Shown here one piece after another: positions 23,583 through 36,424 of a stretch of 64,000 nucleotides of DNA. Position 1 is the first letter of the stretch, and the number at the start of each line of letters is the position of its first letter. The stretch is from Azolla caroliniana (taxonomy: Eukaryota; Plantae; Polypodiophyta): NCBI GenBank assembly GCA_043228905.1, contig JBHGNT010000022.1:5270001-5334000 (forward strand), in the 5' to 3' direction. A program made the position numbers and the translations under genes. The notes beneath the pieces are model-generated. The model was not told the origin of the DNA, searched no databases, and saw only the letters and a program-made list of their open reading frames with translations.

Positions 23583-23924
23583 TGTCTTGTCTCATGCAAC
23601 TTCTGAGTTTCGGAATTGAGTGGAGAGCTTTCTTGCCCCCTCCTAGTACGCAACCACCCTTTCACCACTCTCAGTTCGATACTTCCACTCTTACCAAGCA
23701 AGGCATAAAGTTTCCTATTTATGTGGGATATCTTAAAATTCTAGTATTCCCTTATCCTCTTAAGGTTCATAGTTACATAACTTAATATGTAGTTATCCAT
23801 TTTATATGTAGTAAAATGCATTAGGAAACTCTTGAAGACATCTATCTTTCCATATCAATTCATTACGCTAATCTTAAATAATTATTTACTAGTTTTCATA
23901 TCGTGTGTGAAAAACCACACGACA
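23583..23924. repeat. putative solo LTR (342 bp) without matching TSD
   Basis: Termini TGTCTTGT...ACACGACA form an imperfect inverted pair; it sits exactly between the broken LINE and the broken copia. Confidence 0.45.
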
Positions 23925-26900
23925 CCCTATAAGCTCTTCTTCAACAGGCATACCAGGTGCTCCTTTCCCTTCTTCAAGAAACCCTCTAGTTACTGCATGT
24001 AGATCTCCTCCAAGAGGTCCTCGTGGAGGAATGTCATCTTAACATCGAGTTGTTCAACCTCGAGGTCCATGATTGCCGCTATGCTCAACACAGTCTGGAT
24101 GGATGTCATCTTTACTACCGGGACAAAGATATCGTCGAAATCCACTCCTTTCTTCTATTGAAAGCCCTTCACCACAATCTGAGCCTTGTACCTCAGTGGA
24201 CTTCCGGCGTCTCTCAGTTTCAGCTTCTACACCCACTTGTTTCGGAGTGCCCTCTTTCCTTTCATCAACTCTGTCAGTTCGTATGTGTGGTTCTCATGCA
24301 AGGAATCCATCTCATCCTACATGTCACTCAACCGCTTGCGGTTGTGGGTGTCTTTCTTTGCTTCTTCAAAGCTCCCCTTCATCGGTCAGTAAGACATGCT
24401 CTACATCCGGAAATCTTCGGGGGGCTCTTCTCTCTTTGACAGGGTATCTCCGTCCTTGGTCTTCAACTACTAGCTCCTCCGTTTGTTCTTCATCCGAATC
24501 CGATTCGGGGTTTTGACCGGTTCCGGTGTCTAAAACTTCTTCTTCGGCAGGTCCGGATTCTTGTCCGACTCAGACTGGTTCTTCGAGTGTCTTCCGGTTT
24601 CCGTCCGGATGAGTCCTTGTGTCTTTCGACCAATCCCTGTCGATCTTAGAGTTCAATATCTTCTTCTCCAACTCCCAGTCGGCAATAGTCTTCTGTTCCA
24701 TGAAGACTATGTCTTGACTTCGGAACACCTTGTCGACTAAGTCCCACACTCGGTAGCCGAACTCATCATCACAGTACCCAAGGAATACGCATGGGCGGGA
24801 CTTCGTATCCAACTTTTCTCCCTTATCCTTTGCAACATGCACATAAGCGAGACAACCAAATACCTTCAGATGCCGGTAAGACGCGTCTTTATCAGTCCAT
24901 ACTCTCTTTGGTGTGTCTCCTTCCAATGGTGCTGAGAGTGATCTATTAATCACGTCCGTCATCGTCATTAGCGCCTCAGCCCAAAACGTCTTGAATAACT
25001 TTGAATGTGGTAGCATGCTTCAGACTCTCTCCATTATGGTCTGGTGCATTTCTCAAGTTGCACGCATTATATGCTTGAACCACCTTCAGCTTCTGGCCGG
25101 TTTCTCTTTCCACTCTCGCGTGGAGGTCCTTGGAGACGGAGAATACTTGGTCCTTCGTCTTCAGTGGTGATGCCCACAGCTTCCGGCTATGTTCATCTAT
25201 GAACGTCACAAAGTATTGCGATCCAGCATGTGACATCGTGTCCACTTGACACACATCGGTATGCACCAGCTCCAACGGTGCATTCCGTCTCATCTGTGGC
25301 CTTGTTCGGAAGGAGGTTCGGTTTTGTTTGCCGGCCAGGCAGTCGGTGCACTTCTTAAGTTGCACGTCCTTCATCTCCGGAATGAGGTTGTCCTCGGCAA
25401 GTCTTAGCATCCCCTTCTGTTTCATGTGACACAACCTCTTGTGCCACAGCTCACCGGCAGTGTTGGCTACTACGTTAACTTCTTCCCGGCATATCCGGGA
25501 ATGCATCAAATACAATGTGTTGATCTTCCGGGATCGTGTCACGATCAAGATCCTTTTGTTGAACTTCATGAATATGTTCCAGATGCTACCCGTGTAACCT
25601 TCATCAGGTTCAACCGAACCTCCAAAACATGTCGGACATCCTTGAGCTACAACTTGCACCCAGTTGATGGCGTCAACCACACATCTCCTATGCCGACAAT
25701 TCGGCATGCACCTTCATTCCCCATCTAGATAGAACCGTGATCTCTGGCTCTGTAGGATGAGAAGCACTTCCGATTGGGGGTCAGATGGAACAACGCTCCA
25801 AAGTCAACCACCCATGTTGTTTCGTCGTTTACAAGATGCAGCTCACTCTTCTCGATGATTAGTAGCAGTTCTTCTTCACTTGTCGCGATCACCAACATTC
25901 CCTTGCGATCTGTAACCAAAGCCTTCGAGTTGGTTCTGGATTCCCGATCCTTCCAACGAGCCTCTTCATCTAGCAAGCTTGATTTTACCCTTACTAGGAA
26001 CAACCGCTTTCCTTCCGGCCCGGCGTTGGCCAACGTGACAACTAGCGTCTCTCAACAATCCGGGAGGGAACGGAGCAGGAGCAATGCAAGTACCTCATCG
26101 GCCACAGGTACTTCAAGAAAAATTGTTTGATTTATAAGCCCCTGGAATGCATCCATGTGCTCCGCCATGTTGGATCTGTGCTGGTACTAGAGTGTCACAA
26201 ACTTCCGAAATACCGAAACCCGATTTACAGTGTTTTTGCGCTCTAGCATGGTGCTGATTTTCTCCCAAAGCACATGAGCCTTACTTTCTTCATTGAAGTT
26301 GTTGTACAAGTCCATGTCGATGAAGCACTATATGTATGTTGTCGTCTTCATGTGCATCACCTCCTATGTCGTGGCATCAATCTTGTCTGGTTTCTTGTCC
26401 TCGAACTGTACCCGCAACCAGAGATCTTTGACCACAAGCATGTCCCTCATCTTCAACTTCCACACTGGGTAGTTGGAGCCGGTGATCTTGAATATGCTTC
26501 CGAATGACTCTTCCATTTTCTTGTTTGCTTTGATAACTGTTTGTGCGGAATAGCGCTCAGCCACAACTGAGACTCAAACACTTTATGAAAGAACAAAACA
26601 GAAATGGAGGTTTGTACACTTACACAGAAGAGACGACACTAGATGTTTACATGGAAATCCCTAATAGGGAAAAACCACGGGAGCCCACAGACTCCAACTA
26701 TCACTATACGAGAAAGGAGGTACAATGTGAGACTCAGAGGCAACGAACTCGAGCTTTGTATCTTCACCAACTAGCGGCTTCTCTTCTCTCTCTCTCTCTC
26801 TTTGTACTAGTATAATAAAACTCACAACAACAATAACAACAACCCTTACAAATATTTATATTTATATGACTTTAAGACTATTTACAAATATAGCCTTTAC

Positions 26901-26930
26901 AAGCACACCAGAAACATATTTGCAAATATG
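23925..26930 (-). mobile_element. decayed copia (family related to 4930-10448), both ends truncated
   Basis: LTR remnant 26542-26930; degenerate PBS AGTTATCAAAGC; gag MEESFGSIFK..; WVVDFGALFH; LWHKRLCH; integrase; RT up to the KKSL motif. Confidence 0.88.
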
Positions 26931-29900
26931 TGTTGTCCGCCGGAATAGTAACCGACGGACAAGAGTGTAGGAATAAGAAATAATATAAGATCATAACGTA
27001 TGTAACGGTTCACGCAGGAAGTGTGAACAGCTAAAAAGACCCTATGTATATAAAGGGCAGAAAACCTCTGATAGAGGGGGCGTGTAATTTTGGAATGTAA
27101 AGAAGCGTATCGTAATAGAATTCTATCTTCTCTGAAAATCCGTGTATAGCTACGGCTAATCTACTGTGTGTCTGGAATACCTGAGAGTGTAAGAACGTGA
27201 GTGTGTAACCATTGATAGGGAGTCAGTTGTAGTCGTCCCCCTTATACCCTGTTAGGTTACGGGGAACCTTCCCCTATGTATTATGCATAGATACCACCAT
27301 TCGTTGTTCCACAATCACTTGGAGGTCTAGGTCGAAGGACTGACCGCAGACCGTGTTCCTAACCGATAACACTTTTGGCACGCCCGGTGATCTGTGTCTT
27401 CTCACAGACAAACATCGACGAATGGATGTTTAGCCGCAGATGCCCCAGAGAACCAACACGACAAGACCGGCAAATCACAAGGTCCGTCACACACCAGGCA
27501 GAGGAACGCACACGACAAAAGCCTCGGCTCAGCGACCTCAGTACTACCTTCCGTGATTACAAAGGTGATTCTTCGCTCTCCAAATACCTCGACGATACGC
27601 GGGGAGCACGCTCACCACAACAACACTGTGGTCTTTCCGGACCCGCCGTAGCCCCCAGCATGGCCTTTGTCTATCCTCGCTTTAACGGCGAAACTGACGC
27701 CGCAACCCATATTCGCATGTTCCTCAATGTTTGGAATGCGAACCACATGGCGTAGAGCCTTTCGGAGGCAGTAGCGCACCAGTCGAAAATGACAGAATTC
27801 GGGTTAACATTGGATGGGCGAGCGGCATTTTGGCATTCACAAATGGATTTGCCAACAATCACGACCTTCAATCAGCTACAATCCACTTTCTTGCAGTTCT
27901 TCCATCAAAGGGTCCCACAACGTGAAATCCTCAGATAGTTCTACATGATCAAGCAACTGCCGACCGAGACGATCGTAGACTTCAGCTTACATTTCCAAAA
28001 TTTATGGCGGAAACTAGAATGGAGCCCCGCGGAGGACGAGGCTCAAGAGACATTTCTGGCAACATTACGCCAACCCATACGGACAACGCTCAACAACAAT
28101 AGCGTGAAAGGGGAAACGACAGATATGGTCATTGAACGAGCATTACAGCTCGAGTTGGACAACGAGGAGGAAAGGTTTTCTATGTCCTCCTTACGACAAG
28201 TGCTACCCCAGGACGAGGAACGCTAGTTTCGTCAAGCAATCCAGTGCACGATTTGCTTGAACTCGGGGCATCCCGCAGTGGAGTGCAACATGTGAATCCA
28301 CTGCCCAATCTGCCACTCGAAGGCTCCCACAGTACACAGCATGGACACACAGCATCCCCCACGCCGTACTGAACAAAGGAGGCAAGAAGACCGACCATGG
28401 TATGTGAATCACAACCCACGTGACGACCGGCACCACCGGAATCGTCGGAATCACAATGATTCCGAGGAAGACGAACCAGAGGATGAGGATTACCGTGGAC
28501 CTCCAAGTTATGTTAAAGGGGGATGGCGCTATGAGAATCACCGCCCGACAAACAAATGTGGCGGCTTCAATGGTTATCGTGGGAAGCCGTGGCAATATCG
28601 AGACCACCGGCGCTACGACGAAAGCTCGGGAGATGAGTGACACCAAGAACCACGCCGGAACCAACAGCAACCACCGCGTGCTTTCCGACAAACGAGGCCG
28701 GACCGTGAGGAGCAAGTCACACCAAGGGATCGGCACACACCACCAGGAGCCGAGAAGGGCGAATCAAGCATGCATTGTTTTGTTTGTCAGCAGCCCGGAC
28801 ATTATGCCACGCAATGCCCAGCACGCAAGGGCAAGGGGCCCGCCGTCAATACGATTACGGAGGAAGTGCAGCAAGTCACGACATGCCAGCAAACAAAAAC
28901 GGCTGATTGGGCCACGCAAGATGAGATACGACGACAAGCCCAGGCATGGGTGGAAAAAGCAAACGCGATCAACACAAAGCGCATGCAGAAGGAGTCCGCG
29001 AATATGAGGGAGCACGCGGAGGACGAAGGACCGGTCTCGAACCCCATTTGGCAGGCATTAGCAAGCTGCGAGATAACGTTAACCATGGAGAAGCTGTTGC
29101 AGCTAGTCCCACGCTTCCGCCAGATCATGGAAGAATGGGTGACGGGCATACCCGGAGTGAGCGTCGCTACAAACCTTACTGACGTTAGTGACAGACCGTC
29201 TGTAGTGGATCACCACAACCTGGCTATTACATTCATATTACACGGACAGGAAATTCCTGGATGCGTAATCAATGGCGACTCATGCGTTAATGTAATTAGC
29301 GCAAAAACTTGTGAGCAGTTAGGCATTTCAGAATGGGAGGCTTGCCCATTCTAGCTCCGAATGGCAGATACCCGCTCAGTACGACCATTGGGGTAATTTC
29401 GCAAATAGGCACTATCGTGGGCAGACATCAATTCGACATCTCAGTGGTCATCCTCGCCTTGGACGCCCCAGGGGCGTACCAACTGCTTCTGGGCAGACCA
29501 TGGTTTCGGGCTGCAAATATCAAGCAAAGCTGGCAACACAAGTGTATCAGTTTCCGACACGGACGCAATAAGGTTCGCGTACCTACGGAAGGAAGCACAC
29601 CACAACCCAAGGGTATAACACCATTATACGCAAAAGATATAAATATGTTGGTTGGGGTGGAGGATGCAGAATTAGAGGCATACCTAGATGAGCACCCTCG
29701 GATCATTCCGCTGTTCAAAATCGACGTCATCGCAACCGCGGCAGAATATGCCACGGCCACTATTCTCCAGGATGAGGCGTACGAACCAAACCTAGATTCC
29801 ATATTAGAACTCAGCAGAGCACGGGGGGCATTCGAAAGGGAAACGGAAATTTCAGGACGAGTCACCGCATCCGCCCTAGAAGAAGTTAATGTGGGTACTT

Positions 29901-32515
29901 AAGGCCGGACCAGAGAAACACGATGATCACACTACTCAAGAAATATAAAGATGTGTTCACTTGGGCTCATGAGGACATGAAGGGGTTAGATCCCAAGTTC
30001 TATCTACAGCCTGGAAAATATGGCCGGCGGGCCTATGGTGGCCGACAACGCAGAAAGACGCATCCAAGTATTGTAGAAAGTGTGATTTGTGTCAATGGAT
30101 GGGCCAGCCCACGGAGGGCGCCAGGATGCCACACCAACCCGTATTATTGTTAGACCCCTTCCAAAAGTGGGGATTGGATTTTGTGGGCCCCTTCACACCG
30201 GCAGCAGCCCATACGGGCAATAAATACATATTGGTAGCCACTGATTATTGCACCAAGTGGGTAGAAGCAAAGGCACTACGAGAAAATACGGCGGCCGTCA
30301 TAGCAAGATTCCTTTACGAGCACATTTGGTGCCTGTTCAGTTGTCTGATTAAGCTCATCAGTGATCAGGGGAGCCACTTTCTCAATACGGTGGTTCGGGA
30401 ACTCACACATCATTACGCCGTAGTCCACAAGAAGAGTACGCCATATTATCCATAGGCGAATGGGTTAGCGGAATCCACCAATCAGACGTTGCAGACCATC
30501 TTGAAGAAAATCATCAATGAAAAAAGAACGGACAGGGATACCAAATTACAGAGTGCATTATGGGCGTACAAAACCAGCTTTAAAACATGTATACAGTCAA
30601 CATCGTTTCGACAGCGTTTGGGTTGGAAGCTGTGATGCCGGTAGAATTTCAGATACCCAGTTTGCGGATTCAGGTACGGGACCGACTATTAGAAGCCAAG
30701 TCGGAGGAGGTACGGCTCCACCAGCTACTCGAACTCGGGGAAAAACGCATACACAACATGACGGTGTTGGAGCAGGAACAGCGATGATGTAAAGCGTTTG
30801 TGGATCGACATTGGAACGCAAGGGAAAAGGCTTTCGCTGTCGGTCAAGCGGTGCTGGTTTTCCAAACCCGCATGGGCCATATACCAGGGAAGTTACGATT
30901 CCGCTGGACAAGCCCGTACTGGATAATTGGAGCGGAACAAGGCACGTTCCAACTAGGTACGCTAGCCGGGGAAGTATTACAGCAAAAGGTGAATGGGTTT
31001 CACCTTAAACCTTACCTGGGCCCTACGCCACCTAACCCATTCACCGCCGGACAGGACAAAGCCAGAGAACCCGCGACGTAAGTGGACGGCCCCACTTGTA
31101 TCATAATGTAAAAATAGGTTGTTTGTAACCGTTACGGCAGGAAAAAAGAAAAAAAAGAAAGAAAGAGAGAAGGTAGCGACACTATTAAAGAAAAAGGACT
31201 AAATGCATGCACAGACTCCTAGATCAAGAACACGCGGCACCACAATGGCTCACCGCCCAATGAACCCTAAGCCACAAAAAGAAGGAAATAGAAGATCTTC
31301 TGCACAAAATAGAAACCCACCTTCTAACTATCAACACTCCCATCGCTCCTCCCCCTCACCTTCTCCTCCATCCTATCACAGAGCTACAGCCCACCGCAAC
31401 CACTAGTCTCCTCCCCACGAACCTACTCTAGCGATGCCGATCTTCATCACTACTGCATTACGCTGATGGCTCATGGAGAAACGCATGGATGGGTACATCC
31501 GGGTCGTAGAGGCACCTCCACACCCGGATGTCATGGACATCACCAGAAAGCTTAACATCGACACGGTCACCAACTCTTCCATCCAGAAAAAGTTGGACCT
31601 GTCATCGCTAGGCGAAAGACATTTCAAAATCCCTCCTGCAGAGGCACTGCAGAGATATTTCGGTCCATATTCCTCCTCCGCCAAGGCCTATAGAATGAAG
31701 CAGATCCCGGATCCCTTCTTCCGTGAAGTCACGAAGTTCCTTTTAGAGGTCGGTTGCGTACACGTCAACGCATATGGGATGCCCAAGCAGAAGGCGGGTA
31801 TCATTATGGATACCTTTGAAGGGCGTGAGGTCGATTGGGGGTCATCACAGGGCCAGCATTAAGGGAAGGCCTGCATGCGTATCAACGAGGCAAGAAGCTC
31901 AAGGCGATCATACAACAGTACTATATGGTGTTATTCCCACCCTGAGTCCTGTCGGCACCGCAGCCCAGCCGACCCACGCCTCCGCCCCGATCCATGAAGT
32001 GCAGGTTAGCGGAGTTAGCTACCCCAAAGTGGGAAGAGGAACCCCAACCCACCCAGCCAGACACACGGACAACGCAGGAAGAACAGTCGACACGCTCCGC
32101 GGACGCAGCCCCAGAGCCAGATGCTGAAACACAGCAGGATAGCCCAGACTGAAATGGCAGAGATTGGACAGGAAAGATGGGTGGGGATTGGTCAAAGACG
32201 TCCCCACGGTGGCAGAGACAATGACAGAAGGCGATCGTTCTGCAGTTACGGAGCCCAATACCACCTTCAAAATCATCCAGGAGGCACAACCGATCATTAC
32301 GACCAAGTCACAACGAGGGAAAGCCGTATTGACAGCGGAAAGCGAGGTTTTGGCATATCCAGATATCCCGAACACGACCCATGTGTTCAACACCCTCTTA
32401 CAGTTCAAACCTCTTTTGAGCTCATGGAATTTTAGGCAACGCAACAGATAAAGGCCTCACAACGAATGGTCGAGGATCACACGAAGCGCCAGATGATCGA
32501 GCGCACCCTCTACGA
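26931..32515 (+). mobile_element. Tat-like Ty3/gypsy, decayed, RT/RH deleted, with 3' extra ORF
   Basis: LTR 26931-27371 (TG..CA); PBS TGGCACGCCCGGTG (tRNA-Arg type) 27376-27389; gag with CFVCQQPGHYATQC; protease ..LLLGRPW; integrase KWGLDFVGP; extra ORF from ~31434. Confidence 0.85.
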
Positions 32516-32783
32516 ACTCCCCCTTCACTCCGACATGGGATGTCTCGTTAGTCCAACCCATCTTCGGCATGTGTCCAGCTTGTCGGTTGACAACACCTTG
32601 GTTAGCATGTCCGACCCATTCTCCTCTGTGTGGATCTTTGTAAGAACAAAGTCTTTGACTTCTACCTTTCCCCGAAGCCAGTGGTATCTTCACTCGATGT
32701 GCTTGGTCCTCGAGTGGAAGGCCACGTTCTTTGCAAGTTGGATGGCACTTTGATTGTTGCAATAGAGTTTGTATTCCTCTTCG
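32516..32783 (-). mobile_element. copia RNase H C-terminus + PPT fragment (inverted)
   Basis: YKLYCNNQSAIQLAKNVAFHSRTKHIE and reverse-complement PPT CCCCCTTCACT. Confidence 0.8.
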
Positions 32784-33354
32784 GTCCCTCTGGAGGGGAT
32801 CCGGATGAGAACTGGACGAGGCGGATTGGACGAGTCAGAGGAAGGAACCGGACTAGATGGATCCAGAAGGTACCCATCCAAATACGATGAGAACAAGACG
32901 TAGGGACATATTAGTAAATATGTTTCAATGTGACTGTTGAGGTCATATTTGTAAATAGCCTCAAAGTTATATAAGTATAATATAACTAGGGCAATAACTG
33001 TTGTTGAGTAGTTGTGATCATTCGTATTGTTGTATAGATTGAGAGAGAGATACAAAACTTGTATCTGTTGTAACCACCAGTTGGCGAAGGTAGAACTCAA
33101 GGTCGTTGCCTTTGAGTCTCCCATTGTACCCTTCCTCTTTCTAGTGGTATAGTTCAGAGTCTGTGGGCTCTCATGGTTTTTTCCCGATTAGGGTTTTCCA
33201 CATTAACACATTGTGTCATCTTATTTTTGTTTTTCCTTCCATTGTGAGTTAGGAGATTGGTTGTGGCCGCGAACGATTCCTTACATGTTCACACACTTCA
33301 CATATTCTTAGGGTGTGCTCCCATACTAGGTTAAGTTGAGTTTGATTCTCAACA
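32780..33354 (+). repeat. copia LTR remnant (5'-clipped)
   Basis: TCGGTCCCTC start, ATATTTGTAAATAG, CTCAAGGTCGTTGCCT and GATTCTCAACA end, all similar to the 703-bp LTR. Confidence 0.75.
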
Positions 33355-33499
33355 AATGTTCCAACCATAATTGTCAATAGTTAGCACATGTGCCTCATCT
33401 AAGAAGGATACAATTGATCAATTTCCTATTGATATCAAAGAAAGTTAAAGAAGAAAAGTTATCACTCAAAGCAATACCCGGAGAGGATCAAGTGTTGCT

Positions 33500-34330
33500 A
33501 CGTTGATCAACAAAGAGCATGCAAATATTATGTTGGTTAGATGAATTGTGGAAGGTAATATGTCGTTTAATCTTTTGAAAATGTCATGTTGGAGGAACAT
33601 GTTGTTAGATTTCCCAAATATTGGAGAAAGGTATAGGTGTATTACCTACAATGATTTAAGGGTTAAACATTTAAATGAAGAGCATTTATATGTGCAACAC
33701 AAAGTGCAAAATGTGAACTCCCTTTGGCCAAATTATGGAGTTACTATACTTTCAAATGAATGGATTGACTCTAGCAAGCGAGTACTTGTGGGTATTTTGG
33801 TTGCATGTTATTATGGCACTACATACCTTAAAGTATTGATTGTAGTGGTGTTTCTACAAGTGTTGATGGTCCATGGTTGGTTGAAATGTTATCAACTACA
33901 ATAAAGGATGTAAACGCAGAAAATATGGTGCAAATTGTCACCATCAATGCATCTAATTGTGTTAGCATGGGTCACATTCTAGATATTGAATTCCTAAACC
34001 TTGTATGGACTGCTTGTGCATCACATTGTCTAGATATATTACTAGAGGATATTGTGAAGTTGTCTTGGGTTCATTGAATATACAAGAGAGAAAATTATGT
34101 AGTTAAACTATTCATGAAGAAATAGAATGCACGAAACATTTTGAGCAATTATTTTTCTCTTGTGCTCCTTAGGCCAAGTGTCACCCGATTTGGCTACATT
34201 CTTATTGTCCTTGAGAGGCTTGCAAGAGTTTGAAGAGCCCTTGAACAAACTATGGTTAGTGACTATTGAGAGGATTGGAGTGACTCTAAAAAGCCAAATG
34301 TTGCCAAGGTAAAGTCCATTGTGCAAGATA
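33500..34330 (+). pseudogene. hAT-type transposase relic (DUF659-like)
   Basis: YGVTILSNEWID, VQIVTINASN, WTACASHCLDILLEDI resemble DUF659/hAT motifs; frameshifts and stops. Confidence 0.7.
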
Positions 34331-34658
34331 TATCTACTTTGCCTTCAATTATGATTGCAATTTCTAAGAAGCAAGAGAAGACACATCAAATAATGACAAG
34401 TAATTTGTTTTTATTCCGATATTATAATTTCTATTGCTTAATACTTTATGTCATAGGACTAGTCTTCTAGAAATACAGAAAGAAATTGGAATGATCATGC
34501 ATTGACAATACAAAAAAGGGAATCTTTGGAAGGTGAAACAAGTGCAGAGATTAGTATATATTAGAGAAAACTTAAGGCTTTGTTCGGAGCTTTCAAACTC
34601 ATGTTGGTCTTCCAATGTAGGTCTAAATCTTTCTTATTCATGTTTGAAATAGTCCTAA

Positions 34659-34694
<36 letters not shown>

Positions 34695-35149
34695 TAGTTT
34701 TCATAGGTGTCGCTATGTGACGCTCCATGATATGTCACCATGAGATGCACTTGTAAAATGTGTATCTCTAGGACATACAAATTGTATAGTGCAACGTACA
34801 ACAAGTAAATAGCCAATTGGTAAGGCTATGGATTGTCGGGTTTTAGTTGGCACACAAAGGAAATAACCTTTTACATATTTTATGGTAAGAATTAAATGCA
34901 AGTGGTGGTGCCTCTCTTACTATTAAAAGGGAGAGGAGAACTCGTTTTGGGGTTTGGTTTTTGGTAATTTGAAGGTCTTCATTTTCAAATTGAGGTCTTT
35001 TTTTCCTTATTGAGTTTGAGTGAGTGAGTGTGAGCATGGAGCTTCCACACACTTTAACTAGGGTATTATTCACCCAAACCCCATCATTAAAGCATGTCAT
35101 CTTCTTTGTTTTAGAACCCCAATGGTCCACTTAAGTTTAACATACATTT

Positions 35150-36300
35150 GCATTATTTTTGCAACAACTTTTGTACTTCTTCAATTTGATAAATATCCGC
35201 TAAACATGATTGGTCAAAGACTTCTACAACTACAGGCTCTATGTCTTCCCTTGGCATTTGGGTTTATTTGATGCCGAGGATTATTGGCGGTGCAAGCTAA
35301 TACCTGACTTCCACCTTTTTTCCATCCTACGGATAACACAACAATATCTTCATTACTCCTTTTTTGAAGTGGATGAGTGGAATTGGTTGTCCTCATAGTA
35401 TATGATAATTTTTGTAGCAAGTTGTGGTGGTCAATGCAATTGTGTTGTTCGTGCTCCATTATATTACACCATATGCACCATCATGTGTCACTCCAAGAAG
35501 GTCATGACTTCTTTCGATCTGGGCTTGTGATTTACAAGTCCGCCATGCTATTTTTCACCAATTTCTCAATGCCTTCTTGGTTTGGTTGTCTCATATCCTC
35601 GAAACTACTTTAGTTGGCCTAATTAGGGTCATTTCTTTGTGTAATCTTCGGTATTTCCTAAGACAAATGGTTGAAATTTCTATTCACTTCATCTAATGAC
35701 TTGACTAGGTTTGTCTCACTCACCATAGTTAAATCTTTTTTATCCTTCATTTTGAGGGCTCAAAAAAACAACTCTACATTTTTGGCCTAGACAAGAGCTT
35801 GATCCCTTGCTACAAGTTGCTTAAAGAGATTATCTAACTCAAAAAGTATGTTTAGAAGCAACACATTTTATGAGTTAATGTAGCCCAATACACAAATCCA
35901 TTTTGTGTCATATTTGAAGCATCATCAATTATTGGCAAATGCTTTAAGCATGCAATGCTTGAACTCTCCCATGTCTTTTTGCTTTCTCAAAGCTCTCAAA
36001 TACAATCTTTCAAGTCAACGTTCACAACTCGTCTAAATGATGAAACATGCAAAACTTCAGAAATTTCTCCCCAAAGCATCTTCACTTTGTAGTATTGTAG
36101 GTACTCTAAGATGTTTGACCACAAAGCTAGATGTCAAACTTGACATCTAGTTGATTGCCACTCCCACCTTCATCATTGTTCCTCATTCCTGAAGTATCCT
36201 CTCGAACATAACCATCATAGACAACATTAGTTCACCAATCTTCTTGTCACCTATCCAAGTCAAGGTCACCAAATTGAAGTTCGAAAGATTGTCCTCCACT
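35150..36300 (-). pseudogene. highly decayed gypsy gag remnant
   Basis: Zinc knuckle CIWCNIMEHEQHNC at ~35440-35480, resembling that of the Trp-primed element; TW..FK gag-like motif near 35960. Confidence 0.45.
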
Positions 36301-36424
36301 TGATCATTGCATGCTTAGGTGGGTTTAGAAAGAGATTTTGAGTAAGATAATTAAGAGACCTAGATACTATTTGTTGAATACAAAGTAGAGAGTGGAAAAA
36401 AAGACAGATTGTAACAAGTATTAG

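Noticed and set aside
14850-23940. Two related copias both broken near the RT KKSLYG motif
   Set aside because: Breakpoints differ by ~35 bp and have different causes; two cases cannot show a hotspot.
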